Shown here: positions 45,750-58,121 of the stretch, piece by piece
Layout of the letters: each line of letters starts with the position of its first letter
Position numbering within the stretch: the stretch's first letter is position 1
Assembly (NCBI GenBank): GCA_050084515.1
Contig: CM114271.1
Span: forward strand, 1,302,001-1,366,000
Origin: Blasia pusilla
Lineage: Eukaryota
Length of the DNA: 64,000 nucleotides
Reading direction: 5' to 3'
Notes under the pieces: generated by a model
The model's database searches: none
What the model was told of the DNA's origin: nothing
Seen by the model: only the letters and a program-made list of their open reading frames with translations
Program-made: the position numbers and the translations under genes

Positions 45750-48700
45750 TAATTATGTTTGAATATCATACATATTGTTAATTAGTTGAATAGCATTGGA
45801 ATGACTGTAGAAATGAAGATGTGATTTTATTCATTCTTCAAGGCCTTCCAAAACATTATAAGTCTTTGAGACCTCTATCTTTGTAAGACAACAGTATCCA
45901 ACATTTGAAGAGTTAGTCTCATTCTTAATTAGTGAGGACATGCGCCCAATTTGTAGCAATAGCTTGTCTAATATGCAAAAGAGTGTGTTATTTGCAGGTA
46001 ATGGATCACACATAAACAAAGGTTGTAATAGAAGCTTCTGTGGTGGTGGTGGATATGAAACATATGGAGGAATATGTACTCAACATAACTTTATATAATC
46101 AATTGTGAACCAATACAAGACACAGTCACAAGATGGTAATGGTGGAAATCATTTTTGTCGAAGTTAACAATAAAGGATCCCTAGATCTTGCAAGTATTGT
46201 GGGATGAAGGGTCAATATGCAAAGTTTTGCTTGAATAAAAAGATAGATATGAGAACGGGAGCCTTACAACAATAGAACTATGTGGAGCAACAACACCAAG
46301 TGCAATATCAAGAACGACAACATTCAAAAATTGAGCATATCTTGGTCATGTCTCGTTATATAGGAGCAATTTTCAAGTAAGACTCAACAGTACATTGGTA
46401 CATCGACTCTAGTGCATCAATTCACATAACCTCACAAGCTAAATGGTTTAATAGTATGAACTTTGTGAAAGATCAAGCAATAGTGCTCACAAAAGATGAT
46501 ACTCAATATCATATCCTGGATATTAATAAAGTTCCAATAGCATCAGATGGTTTTTATGCTCTTGGAAATATTATATATGCTCCTACCATTGCAAGAAATT
46601 TCATCTTTGTAGAATAGACAGTAAAACAAGGTTATTGTGTAAAGTTTAACACAAATGATTGTTTGATTGAAATAATGGATGATCAGACTATGATAGCCCA
46701 AGGAACAAGATCTGGCTGAATGTTCAAATTAGATGTTTCTATGTCAAAAATTCAAACGACAATATATAGTCAAATTAGCCAACAAGTCACAAATCTGAAT
46801 ATGTGGCTTAAAAAATTGGACAAATAAATCTTTAAAGATTATGGAGTCTTTCATCATCTAATCTAGTGATCGAACTTCCTAAATTATCAAGTGCTATTAT
46901 GTTAGAGGTATTCCCTACTTGCCAATTTTGAAAACAAGCTAGATTTATATTTCTAAAGCAAGAGAGAAGAGGATCCAATATTTTAAAGTTGATTTATAAG
47001 GATGTGTGGATAACATCATAACACATCCTTTATGGTTTTCAGAATTTTTTTATATTTTTTGATGACTTCTGTAGGTATGTATGGGCATATTTTTTGAAAT
47101 ATTCATAGTGTTTCCAGACATTTAAAATTCAAGTATAGAAGCAGACTAAACAACACATTCTCAAATTGGGTTGTGATGAAGGAGGAGAGTACCATTCAAC
47201 AGATTTTGATGACTACTTACATCAAATTGACATCCAACGACAAGTCAGTTGCTATTACACTCCACAACAAAAATCGAGCGATTGAGCAGAATAATCGACA
47301 TATTGCTGAGGTGACACGTGCTATATCTGCTGAATGATAAGAACATGCCTAAGGTTGATTGGATAGATGTTGTAGCGTGTACAATCATAATCAACCAAAC
47401 TCCAATGATAGAAGTTCATGATAAAAATCCATTAAAAGTTTTCATAAGAAATAAACATGTTTTTTCATTCTTGAAAGTCTTTGGTTGTATTTGTTATACT
47501 CATGTTCCTTCTGAATGACATAAAAAATTAGATCCCAAAATCTGAGAGAGATGTATCTTCATTTGCTACGGTGATGGAACTAAGGGGTATAAGTGCTACG
47601 TTACATCCTTTAGGCAGCTTATTGTTAGTCGCGGTGGTGTTTTTTATGAGTGCAAATCATAGCATGCTCAATATGTGCATATTCCACCTCTAAACTAGTC
47701 TGTTGAGGAGGAGAATATGACTTTAAATCAATAGATATTACCTACAAATTCCCCGAGCGCTAGTATAGCCTAGACCCTTCACGTAAATCTCTCAATCCAT
47801 GGTTGAAAAAAGTATATATTGAGTATGTTAACACTAGTCAAAGCTCAAATGAGATATCAGAGGTATCTAGCCACCTTTGATGAACAACTTCATAAATCAA
47901 GTTTATAGAGTCATAAATAAATGATTCCTTACAACATATCATACATAAATGATGATTGTCCTTCAAGAACAACAATTGAATTTTTTTGAAGGAGCTTCAT
48001 GTAAGGTTGAATGGATTGAAGCTATGGAGGAAGAGCTTGTTGCATTTAGCCATCAACCAACTTACGAGTTGGTTCACTAGAAGAAAAGCTTGGTTTTATG
48101 ATTAGAATATTTGACTGAAGTGAATCACATATTTTGATCAATGGCTAGGAATGACTCGTTACTCATAGAGACATGAGAGCCAAGTCATAAATACCAAATG
48201 ACTAAGATTACTAGCTTAGTCAAATGACGTGGAGGAGTCAAACCTGTAGTCATTTCATTACGACTGCCACGTCAATAACATAATGTGTACAAATGGCATA
48301 TCAGCATATGAAATGGAAAAAACACATCATCATAAGAGAAGACACATCAACTAGAGGAATGACACGTCAACCTCAACAGCTGCCATATCAACATATGAGG
48401 ATAAATTTTGTAGTCACTATTTATAGACAACTACTTGAGTCATATATTTCGTAAAATAATTGGAAAAAAATCGGTAATATCTAGTGATGTGTTAACACAC
48501 GTACACAAGCATGGAGTAGTAAACCATGTATGACCGATATTAGCACACAATGATTGAAAATGACTAGGTTGGTTGTGAAGGAATGACTACAAATGACGTC
48601 TACAGTTTTTGCATCATGATTATGCATGACTAATCGAGTTGGCTTTTTATGACTAGCAATGATTATATGAGTTTCATTTTATGACTTTGATTGACTTATT

Positions 48701-51700
48701 GGGTTGTTATGTAATGAGTAGGAATGTGCCTCAGAGTTGTCATATTATTACTAGACGAGTCATAATGTCATGACTCCAAATGACTAAACTAGTAATTTTG
48801 AAATGACTTGGGAAGTTACTTCTTAACGAATGAGCTTTATTTTAATGCATTTGATGAATCCTAGAGTCATTATGTAGGATTTAGCTTATCATTGTGTAAC
48901 TACTAATGAAGTCATTTCAGCATAAATGCATGTATTTCATGATGGATTCAGTGTGGTTTCTTAATGTATTCTTAGCTCAAAATGGTGCATGAGTAGATGA
49001 TAAACAATTGTTCTCTACAACCCAATACCTTAGAAGGAAAAATTGCTACAAGAACTTGCTTCATCTAGTGGTAATTTGATAAACAATGAACAAATAAAGT
49101 AATACAAACATGATGTAATTACACTTGAGTTTAAGAGGCTGCAAAGACCAAAAATAAATCCCATGATGTAAAATAATATTGGGACGAGTCGAAGCAAAGT
49201 TCACAAATCGAGCACATGTCTATAACCAAAGATTTGATGCATCACTTTCCTCAAATGCATTTTTGGCTAGATAAATAAGCCATAAAATGAGCACCATCCT
49301 ACTCAACTTTGATTAAGTGAGGATGACATGATCGCCAATGCGCAACCACAAACAACCACACAAACAACAAGACCATTAAATATGAGACCATGAAATTAGA
49401 TTTCTATTATAACTGTTCCTGGCTATGTTCATGATGGAAGCATTAGCTTACCTTCTTGAAGGATCATCCCCATGACAGTAGTTGAAGTGAAAATTTCAAA
49501 AGTCCTACATGATCAATTAACTGTCCACAAAAATTATGATCAGTCGAGTTTAATAAACCAGAATCAAAGGAAAGTTCTTGAGGTGTTCAAACTTTACTTT
49601 GGTTTGTCTTCTAGATGTTCCATACTTCATCTCACTATCTTGTTCACATGGTACATCATAATAAAGCCTCAATTTCTTGTGCTTCTTCTCTGGAGACTTG
49701 TGCTTATTGTTGTTTACACTCACTTCGTCTATTTACAACCAACAACCTCCGTGCACTGAGTGTTAGATCAAATACAAACCACAATATATTACAAAAGATA
49801 CCATAAAGTACTATAATATTCAGAATTCAATAATATCTTAGTCCTTGCGTGTAATCCATGTTATTGCACCCTCCTCAACCTTTGAGGATGTCTTCAAACT
49901 CACTATTGGCTCCGGATGAGGATAAACACATAGAAGCATAACAAATTAGGAAAAAATGAGGCTAGCGCTTAACCACAAGCTCATTTATTCAAAGTTTCTC
50001 TACAATCAAAAGGGAAAAGAGACAGTTTCAATAAGCTTATATAAATGCTTACATATGGAGTGTGTAATCATATCCTCCTCACTATGTATTGAGCTCCTCT
50101 CCTTACGATTCACCTTCATCTTCATATCAACATGAGGCGGAGAATCCATCTTGTCTTTAGTTTTGCCACATATATGCCAAAGAAGGTTCAGACTTATAAT
50201 GATCATTTATATGGTGATTCATCAAGTCAAGTAAAATTCCCTTGAAAATTGAAAGCATGTGGCCTTTAAGACCTAGATGATAAAGATGTTTGTATTCTAG
50301 TTTTTTTTCCTATAAAATGAACATCAACCTCACAATCATTATACACTAGAATATACGAATTATTGAGAAATCTGACGTAAAATACCCAAAAAAAGCCCAT
50401 ATGTGAAAAGCATGAAAGAATATCATTTCAGTTCTACATTTAAAGCACCAAGTTTCATTTCAAATATTTTGTAAGATGCAATCACAAGTAGAGGGTATAG
50501 AATATCAACTTTAAGACAGTAATCTTACCCATTTTTGTGGTTTGTGTTTAGTGAACATAGATTGATGGAGTTGGTTCTTTATCTAGAATAGGATCACATT
50601 TGGAAATATGCATAGGGGATGTCACTGAAGGAAAAGTCGACTGCAACGTATGTCAAACTTAAGGGTATTTTTAAATGTAATCTCCCACATGGACGATTTG
50701 GATTTTCTAATATTGACTTAAGGATGTAATTACAAGTCCAATATCATATTTGTGGTCTTTCATTTTTAATTCAATCTCTAGGTGAGCATGTGGAGAATTT
50801 TTTTTTCTCCATGCATTGTAAAAGCTTGGGGACATAATGTCACAAAGTTTCATGAGTTTTGAGCTTGTGACTAAAAATCAAGGCCAAGAAAGGAAGGAGA
50901 TAGTGGAAGAAGAGGGCTTGAAGTGAGGATTCATTTAGCACTCTTTCACAATTTTCCTTCATTTTGGGCCAAGATTTGTTTCCACCATTGGATTGGAATG
51001 AAACTTGGAAGGTTTGATCCTGATAATGTAATCTCATACTTGGACGGTTCCGATTGAATATTTTTTACTCCAAGATGTGACTAAAAATCCAAGATCATAT
51101 TTGGGGTCTTTCATTTTTAATTCAATGTTTGGGTGAGCACTTGGAAAGTACCCAACAGTAAAAATCTGTAATTTTTGTAATACATGTTATGCCTCATATG
51201 GTTTTCTTAATTAAGAAAAGGAATGATCAAAAAGGGAAAAAAGAAACCAAAAATTTATTCAAAGGGTAATTTTTATAGGCATATTTTAAATAAGTTGATT
51301 GAAAATAGGGAGGGTCAAATAGGGGCCTAGCCAAACGTGGTATATGGGGTATATGTACTGTGATATCCGTGAGAAACATGCATATCTTTTGGGGCTAATT
51401 TAAACACCATCTCCGTAAGAATTCCAATGGTCATGTTTATATGTTCAATTTGGGATTTCACATCTTCCAAATTTCCGATCCATTTCTTCTCAACTTCCTC
51501 TAATTGAGGCGTAACTCTTGATTCCACACTCTACACACAAGAAAGATGACTCAAAAGAAGCCCATTTTGAACATGTATTCCATTAAAGAAATATGAGATT
51601 TCAGGGGAGACTAAGTTTTACGGTTTATATTGGAGAATTTATATGTATACGAAAGTATGATCTCATTACATTTGGTTTTAGTACTTCCTCCTCAACACTC

Positions 51701-53490
51701 GCGCATGGCCATGAATCGTTTTTTTTACATGTGAAACCTATACCAAATCACCAAGGAAAGTTGTTATAGCTTCCAATAAGGAAGCTATTGGTTATAAATG
51801 GATTTTCAAAATCCAAAGCAATCAAGATGGTACAATGAATAAATACAAAGCCATATTAGTAACCAAGGGCTACACACAACAATATGGCATTGATTATGAG
51901 GAGAAATTTAGCCTTGTTGCAAAGATGGCAACTAAGAGAACAGTAATTACAATTGCAATAAGTAAGAAGTCGAGACTACATCACATGGACGTCTAGAATA
52001 CCTTTTTGAATGAAGATCTGTATGAGGAGGTATACATGGCTCAACCACTTGGATATAAGCATCCTGAGTTTCTATTATGCATATGCAGGCTAAAGAAAGC
52101 TCTATGCGGACTCAAGCAAGCCTCAAGAGCTTAGTATGGGAAGATTACATATGTCTTCCAAGAGCTTGGCTTTAGGGTTTGTGATTATGATTCCTCGCTA
52201 TATGTCTTGAGAGGATAAGGCCATACGCTTATCATCGTGTTGTATGTTGATGACCTCTTGATTATTGGGAGTATTGAAGATATGATACAACAAATCAAGC
52301 TAAAGTTACAAGCATAATTTCATATGAAGGACTCAGGAGAACTCAATTACTTCCTTGGTATTGAATTTATTAGGATTGGAGAGAGTAGTGGTTATTACAA
52401 AGATAATATGCTTTTCATATGATTTCAAAATATAGCATGATGTCTTATAACCCAAGTTTTACACCATTGGACCAGAGTATGAATCTAAGAGTGGATGAAG
52501 CAGAGTTGCTTGCATATTCTAATATATACATGCGTATGGTTGGAAGTTTGATATATCTACCTATAATTATGCCGCACTTGAGCTTCGCAGTTGGCCTTTG
52601 ATATTGTGAGGAGGATTATGTGGTATGTGAAATTTTCTATTCAGTTTGGGCTTCAATTTGAACCTTCTTTGAGTTTATAATCACAAGAATTCACAAATGC
52701 TAATTGGGTTGGAAGCGTGTTTGATAGAGATTCTATATTTGGTTATTCCTTCATTGTGGGAAGGGCAATTATAAATTAGGCTTCAAAGAAGTAATCTACA
52801 ATAGTTTTATCTTTAACTTAGGCCGAATATAGAGGAGCTACCAATGCAACATATGAAGCAGTGTAGCTTCATCGATTACTTGCTGAAATTGGTGTTAGTA
52901 ACTTAAGACCTTGTGTAATATATGCAAATAATATTAGTAATATCAAGTTTGCTAATAATTGTATATTTCATGCTCGAACAAAGTATGTTGAGGTGCACTA
53001 CCACTTTATTAGAGAGAAGGTGTTTGTAGGAGAAATTGATCTTGTGTATATATATAGGTATAAATCAAAAAATTGTTGATATCTTTACAAAAGAATTATC
53101 TAGAGATAAATTTGAGATGTTTAGAAGTGATTCAGATCTTAGAGATACTGATATAAGTTTGAGAGGAGTATTGAAGATTGAGCTATAGTCAAGATTATTA
53201 GTCAAACATACGAACTGCTACATTTGGTACTCACAAAAAGTAGGAAAGCTTAATCTTAGTTAGTTAAGCACGGATTTATTAACTATGATTAGTTAACCAT
53301 AATTAGTATAACTCAAGACTATGGTTAAGATTAGGATTTGGGTTGCTTGTACATATGTACCCTATATAATTGGGAAGGGGACTAGTCTTCATTCATTCTC
53401 TTCTTGCAAAATTTTGTTCTTCATAGTGGTGATGATGGTGTGTGTAAGGGTCATATCATATTAGTTATGCTTGTTTAAAAATTTTCCACA
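45750..53490 (+). mobile_element. Old, heavily mutated Ty1/copia element split by about 3.7 kb of insertions
   Basis: Knuckle CKYCGMKGQYAKFC (about 46190), protease WYIDSSASIH (about 46397), integrase fragments (LKVFGCICYTHVP at about 47471). RT breaks after QTYELV at about 48074 and resumes at about 51770 (KEAIGYKWIFKI...YVDDLLI). RNase H to about 53130, PPT GAGAGGAG at 53161-53168, then a possible decayed 3' LTR. The 5' boundary is not found. Confidence 0.8.
48075..49070. mobile_element. Non-autonomous CACTA-like element nested in the old copia
   Basis: Starts CACTAGAAGAAAA exactly where the copia RT frame breaks; a degenerate matching end GCTTCATCTAGTG lies at about 49070; dense ATGACT/AGTCAT subterminal repeats in both orientations. 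The 3-bp flanks GTT/GTA are imperfect. Confidence 0.55.
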
Positions 53491-53639
53491 ATTTAATGGT
53501 TGAAAATTGGCTATAGGAGTTTGATTGAAGAGGTTCTTATCTCTGTTTATTTCTCTTAAAGAACCTACTTGACAAAAACTCATACTCTTGGGCCAGCTTA
53601 TGGGACGCATGACTTAGTAATATATCATAAGATATATAT

Positions 53640-54350
53640 ACACTAGAAAAAAATGACTAAATGGTCATTACTTGCAAGACTTATGACAATCATGGAATTG
53701 ACCGCCTCCAACAAGTCCAGTGTTTTGTGAGAAGCAAAGTCATTAGCACATTCACTAATGTTGATTTCTTCTATAAGGTAGACTTTGTTTAGAGTCATCC
53801 CAAACATCCATGCACAATAGTGACCCATGAGAATCTCCCATAAAAACTCCTCCTTTTCAATCTCAGCAAACATACAACCTTGGCTAAATACTTCTTATGT
53901 GCAACAAATTATAAATACCTAAGGGCATCCCCAAGATTTTCCGATCCTCTAGGTAAGTTCCATCCCAAATATGACTAGATTTACAAATGATATCTCTTAA
54001 GTAGAATTCAGGGTCTCTATTTGTGTGGAATAAGTTATTAATCCACGTCTCAACAATACCTATCCCTCCATACAAAAACTTCTTAAGATTTTGTTGACCC
54101 CTTAATCCAACCCTTAAATTGCATTACATCCAAGGGTTTGGATAACTCACAATGATTATAAACTTACATATCTACTACATGCTAGTGGAATCCTCAAACC
54201 ATAGCACACATCAATCAAGAGTCACATAATATAGTTTCCATACTAAGATGTGAGATCATCAACTTCCTTTACTAATTTCTATTTCGAGATATAAACTAAT
54301 TAACAATCTCCCCTTCTCTCATGAGCTGCTACATTAGTTTCATTGCACCG
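53640..54350 (-). mobile_element. Possible degenerate LINE fragment
   Basis: Minus-strand fragments YGGIGI (resembles the post-RT GGLGI motif) and EFLWEILMGH; heavily decayed. Confidence 0.3.
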
Positions 54351-54384
54351 ACATAATCATGAAAATATGAAATAATCCCTTATA

Positions 54385-55180
54385 TATATATATTTTGGAG
54401 AGTGACAATTTGATTTTCAAACGCCTATCCTCTTGACACACATGGCCCTATCAACCAATAGGATTGTTTGATCTCTCAATAAGATCATCGAGAGTTGATT
54501 TGAAAAGTCAAATGATAATTTTAGAGGTTTTTTAATCACCGCAAAAGTAATTATTGCATCGCAAGGGAGTCCACCGGTCTTTACTAGTGTAAGCCCATGC
54601 CATGCACGAGTTTAGATTACCTTGCATAATTGACTCTCAAAGTTCTCAAGTACCATTGAAAATTAATTTCCAGCAATATTATTGGTTGAAAATGCCAAGT
54701 GTCGAGAGGAGAGATGTTTGCAAAATGAAAGGGCACTCTCTAAAAATATATACTTATGATACTATCTCGAACCACAATAAGAGACTACTAGAGGGTTGCC
54801 CATGCATAGCATGGATATCTTCAAATTTAAAAGCCCTAGCTCTTCATTTCCTTTCTCCACTTAATTCTCTCATCTTAATTAATTAATTTTTTCTTAAAAT
54901 GACATATGTCAACATCGTAAGAATCATCATAAGAATCCTTAGAGGACCCGTGTCAACAAGGTTTCCTAAATTCCATCCTCTTTTAATTACTAGTCTGTGC
55001 CCGTGCATAGCACAAGGGATACTTTTTTTTTCTTTATTATCTCTCCTTGATACAACTCCCTCTCTCAAAGTGACATATATGGGCACCGTAGAAGCCCTTA
55101 GAGGGCTTGTGTCGACACCCGACGAGAGTTTTCTCAAACCCTATCCTCTTTTAATTATACTAGAATACTGCCCAAGCTAT
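54385..55180 (-). mobile_element. Cluster of short non-autonomous Helitron-like units
   Basis: Four plus-strand ACTAG-N5-6-GCCC...hairpin motifs with CTAG at 54584, 54788, 54990 and 55160. On the minus strand these read as hairpin followed by CTAG|T. A related terminal motif (GGCACTCTC(C/T)AA.A..ATA) occurs at about 54732, 34934 and 59985, and inverted at about 54390. Confidence 0.55.
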
Positions 55181-56198
55181 GTGCGGGTGAAAGACATCTT
55201 AACTTCTTAAGTTACATTTCGGGTGTTTACATTACACGTGTCAACACCAAAAGAGCCAAAAATGATACGTGTCAATACTACAGGATGGGGTTTTCCTCAA
55301 ACCCCATCCACTTTACGGCCCCTACAAGAAGTCAATTCTAAGTGCAGAGTTTGCAAAATGCAAGTTATTATGTATGCTTCCGGATCGTAAGATCAGATGT
55401 TAGCATCCGTATTAGTATTAATTCTTCATTAATACGACACAGAATTTGTGTGCTTCAACGCCGTATTATTCCCTCCTCCCATAAAACCCAAAACCGGAAA
55501 AAAGGATATAATTATAAAGATAAAACAGAATTCAAAATCTCATCACTAATAAATCCTTATTTTCAGAGAATATGATCTGGACTTTTAAAAGAGGACGGAT
55601 TTAAAATTAAGGGTCGACACGTACGTTTTTTTAAGCCTTCGTATGTCAAGGGCTTAGACGTACGATTAATTAAATGCTATTAACACTACTGGCCCCCATA
55701 ACACCCCTCTTCTAGAGCCCGTGGGTCGTCACGGTATCACACTCAAAAAAGAGAGTTTGATCCTGGCTAAGGTGGCATTCGACAGCCGATAACCATTTGA
55801 TCAACCATCGTAGATACCATTTTTTCATACTAGTAAACAAATAAAGTTGGAGTTTCGTATGGGTGTCCGGAGCTGCGGGCCCTGAGATTGGTCGACCCGG
55901 AGCGTGGTAGACGAAGGCATGGTGCCAAAACTTTGAAGGTGGCTTGTTGGGCTGGCAGGCATGGGAGTCCGTGTCCCGAGGATCGACAGCGATCGAAGAA
56001 ACTCATATATAGTAAGGTGCGTGCGATCTGAGGGTGATGATCGGCGCTCACGGCTTGGACGGGTGCTTAAGCTGACGGTTTGGACTTGGGACGGATGTGT
56101 AGGGTGAGGATTTGGATGCATAGGCTGAGGATTTGGATGAGCCAGGAGGACAGAGTTGGGAGCTGCGGCCGAGGGAAGGATCGGTGATCGATCTTCGT

Positions 56199-58121
56199 AT
56201 GGCAAAGTTGCTTCGCGCATTAGGCCCGCGTCTTCTGCGGAACTCGAAGCCGATTGTGGTCGAGAGATTAATGCTGATGGAGACATCGAGGGTATGCTCG
56301 GATGATTTCCGCTTTGGTTCTGGATATTCACTGTTTGTCAAGTGGATGCATTTGTTCTTCTGTTTTCTTTCTTGTATCGGGACTCGATGTGGAGGTGTAT
56401 TGTGTCGAGGTGGTCATGGAATGACGAGATCGATGTAGAAGGTTCGAGTTGAACTATGCCGATCCACATGATTCTAGGATAGTGCTGGATGTTAGAGAAT
56501 TGGTATGTGCGGTGGTTGGAGTCTTTGTTCATGCGATCATGTTTATTGTAGACTAGGATAAGGTTCTTTTCAAACATCTTCAGTGTCTCTTTGAGCTGCC
56601 TTTGTCTAGGCATTTAAAGTCATTCCATCTTCGGAACGCGCTAGATGTTTATGTCAGATGATGATCGCACTGGAAACCAGGCTGTGAGCACGCAGAGTGT
56701 TGGAGTTGGAAGTGGTGGTCGTGCTGGTGGACAATCTGTCAGGAGTGCGCCGGAGGATTTACCTTACGCCGTGAAAGGATTGGCCCATATAGCCATCGTT
56801 GTGCCTGATCTTGCGCATGCTGCTGAAAGCTATCGCACGGCGTTTGGAGCTCAAGTGAGCGAGCCTCTGGTATGGTAGTTCAGATTATGATATCTCCGTG
56901 ACATATTTGGGTCAATTACATGTGGACCTTCTGAAATTATTCTTATGTTGCTCGCTTGTTTATAAGCTCACATCTTTCCATGTGGAAAGCTTTCGAAAGA
57001 AGGGTGGATGGCGAGGCTCTTCGCTTCTCGAAGTGGCAAGATTTTTGTGGAGGCACAACGGTGTGAGTTTGGAAAGCTTCTTGGGATATTAGATGGTTCG
57101 AATTCGAGCCTTGCATTTTTCGAGGTAACACAAAATGACAGTTCAAAGTAATTTGATGTTAGCTTCGTTTGTCTGTGGAAACAGGCCCTACCGCATCAAG
57201 GTGTGACTGTCGTTTTCGTACATATAGCCAATATTCACATTGAACTCTTACATCCTTTAGGGGACGGAAGCCCTGTCGCCAAGTTTCTCCAGAAGAATCC
57301 AGGTGGAGGTCTTCACCATCTCTGCTTATCAGTAAGTTTTTTCTACCCGTAAACAAATACGTTATTCAGTGAAGTGAATTGTTCTATCCATAAGCATACA
57401 TGTTATCTGTAGGGATTCGGTGGATGAACTGGTTGCTGATTAGAGGACCTGGTCAGCAAATCCTTCCTTCTTTCTTCCAACTGTGTGCAGTGACCTGACC
57501 CAGAAGTGCTGCATGCAATCCTTTTCTCGAACTCTGAGGGCCTAAATGCAGCCCAAGCCTAATCCATTGGACTGAACTTCTAGAATTTTCGTTATATTTG
57601 CTGAATTGGATTTCTGAAAATTTCGTGGATCGAACCCAGAATGCCTTGAGCACTGGAGTCTCTGAGCTTATTAATTTCCCATCGGTTACTTGATTCACCA
57701 CCTTGTACCCATCCCTCGACCTAACACCTTTGAGTGGTTCACTTGAGTAGCAGGAGCATGCTTTTCTTGATGTCTTTTGTAAGTGAGCGATTTTCGTCGA
57801 AACTCTCCTGATCTGCTATCTTTTTGAAGTCGCAGTGTACTTACTACATTACACGGTGTGGGACTCCAACATTACCAGAGAGTGGGTTATAACAAAATAA
57901 ATTTGTGAAAAACTGTGCAGGTGGATGACATCAATGCTGCGTCAAGCTATTTGAATGAAGATGCAGGAGTGAGGACTTTGGGTGCACCATCGCCTGGTGC
58001 AGATGGCAAGCCAATAGTATTTCTACATCCCAAAGACACTTCAGGAGTTTTGATAGAACTTCAGCAGGGTAAATCAGTTTCAACAACTGAAAGTGAAGCA
58101 ACTCAAGCTGGGAATCATTAG
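56199..58121 (+). CDS. MCEE: Methylmalonyl-CoA epimerase (VOC/glyoxalase fold) with putative mitochondrial presequence, 221 aa, 4 exons
   Basis: Exons 56199-56291, 56645-56869, 57185-57331 and 57921-58121, all GT-AG and phase 0. Core LAHIAIVVPDL..AAESYRTAFGAQVSEPLALPHQGVTVVFV..ANIHIELLHPLGDGSPVAKFLQKNPGGGLHHLCLSVDDINAA...GADGKPIVFLHPKDTSGVLIELQQ aligns closely with animal MCEE as recalled. Arg/Leu-rich N-terminus. The exon 1-2 junction is less certain. Confidence 0.88.

Noticed and set aside
53641-53660. Second CACTA terminus (CACTAGAAAAAAATGAC)
   Set aside because: No matching opposite end found in the window.
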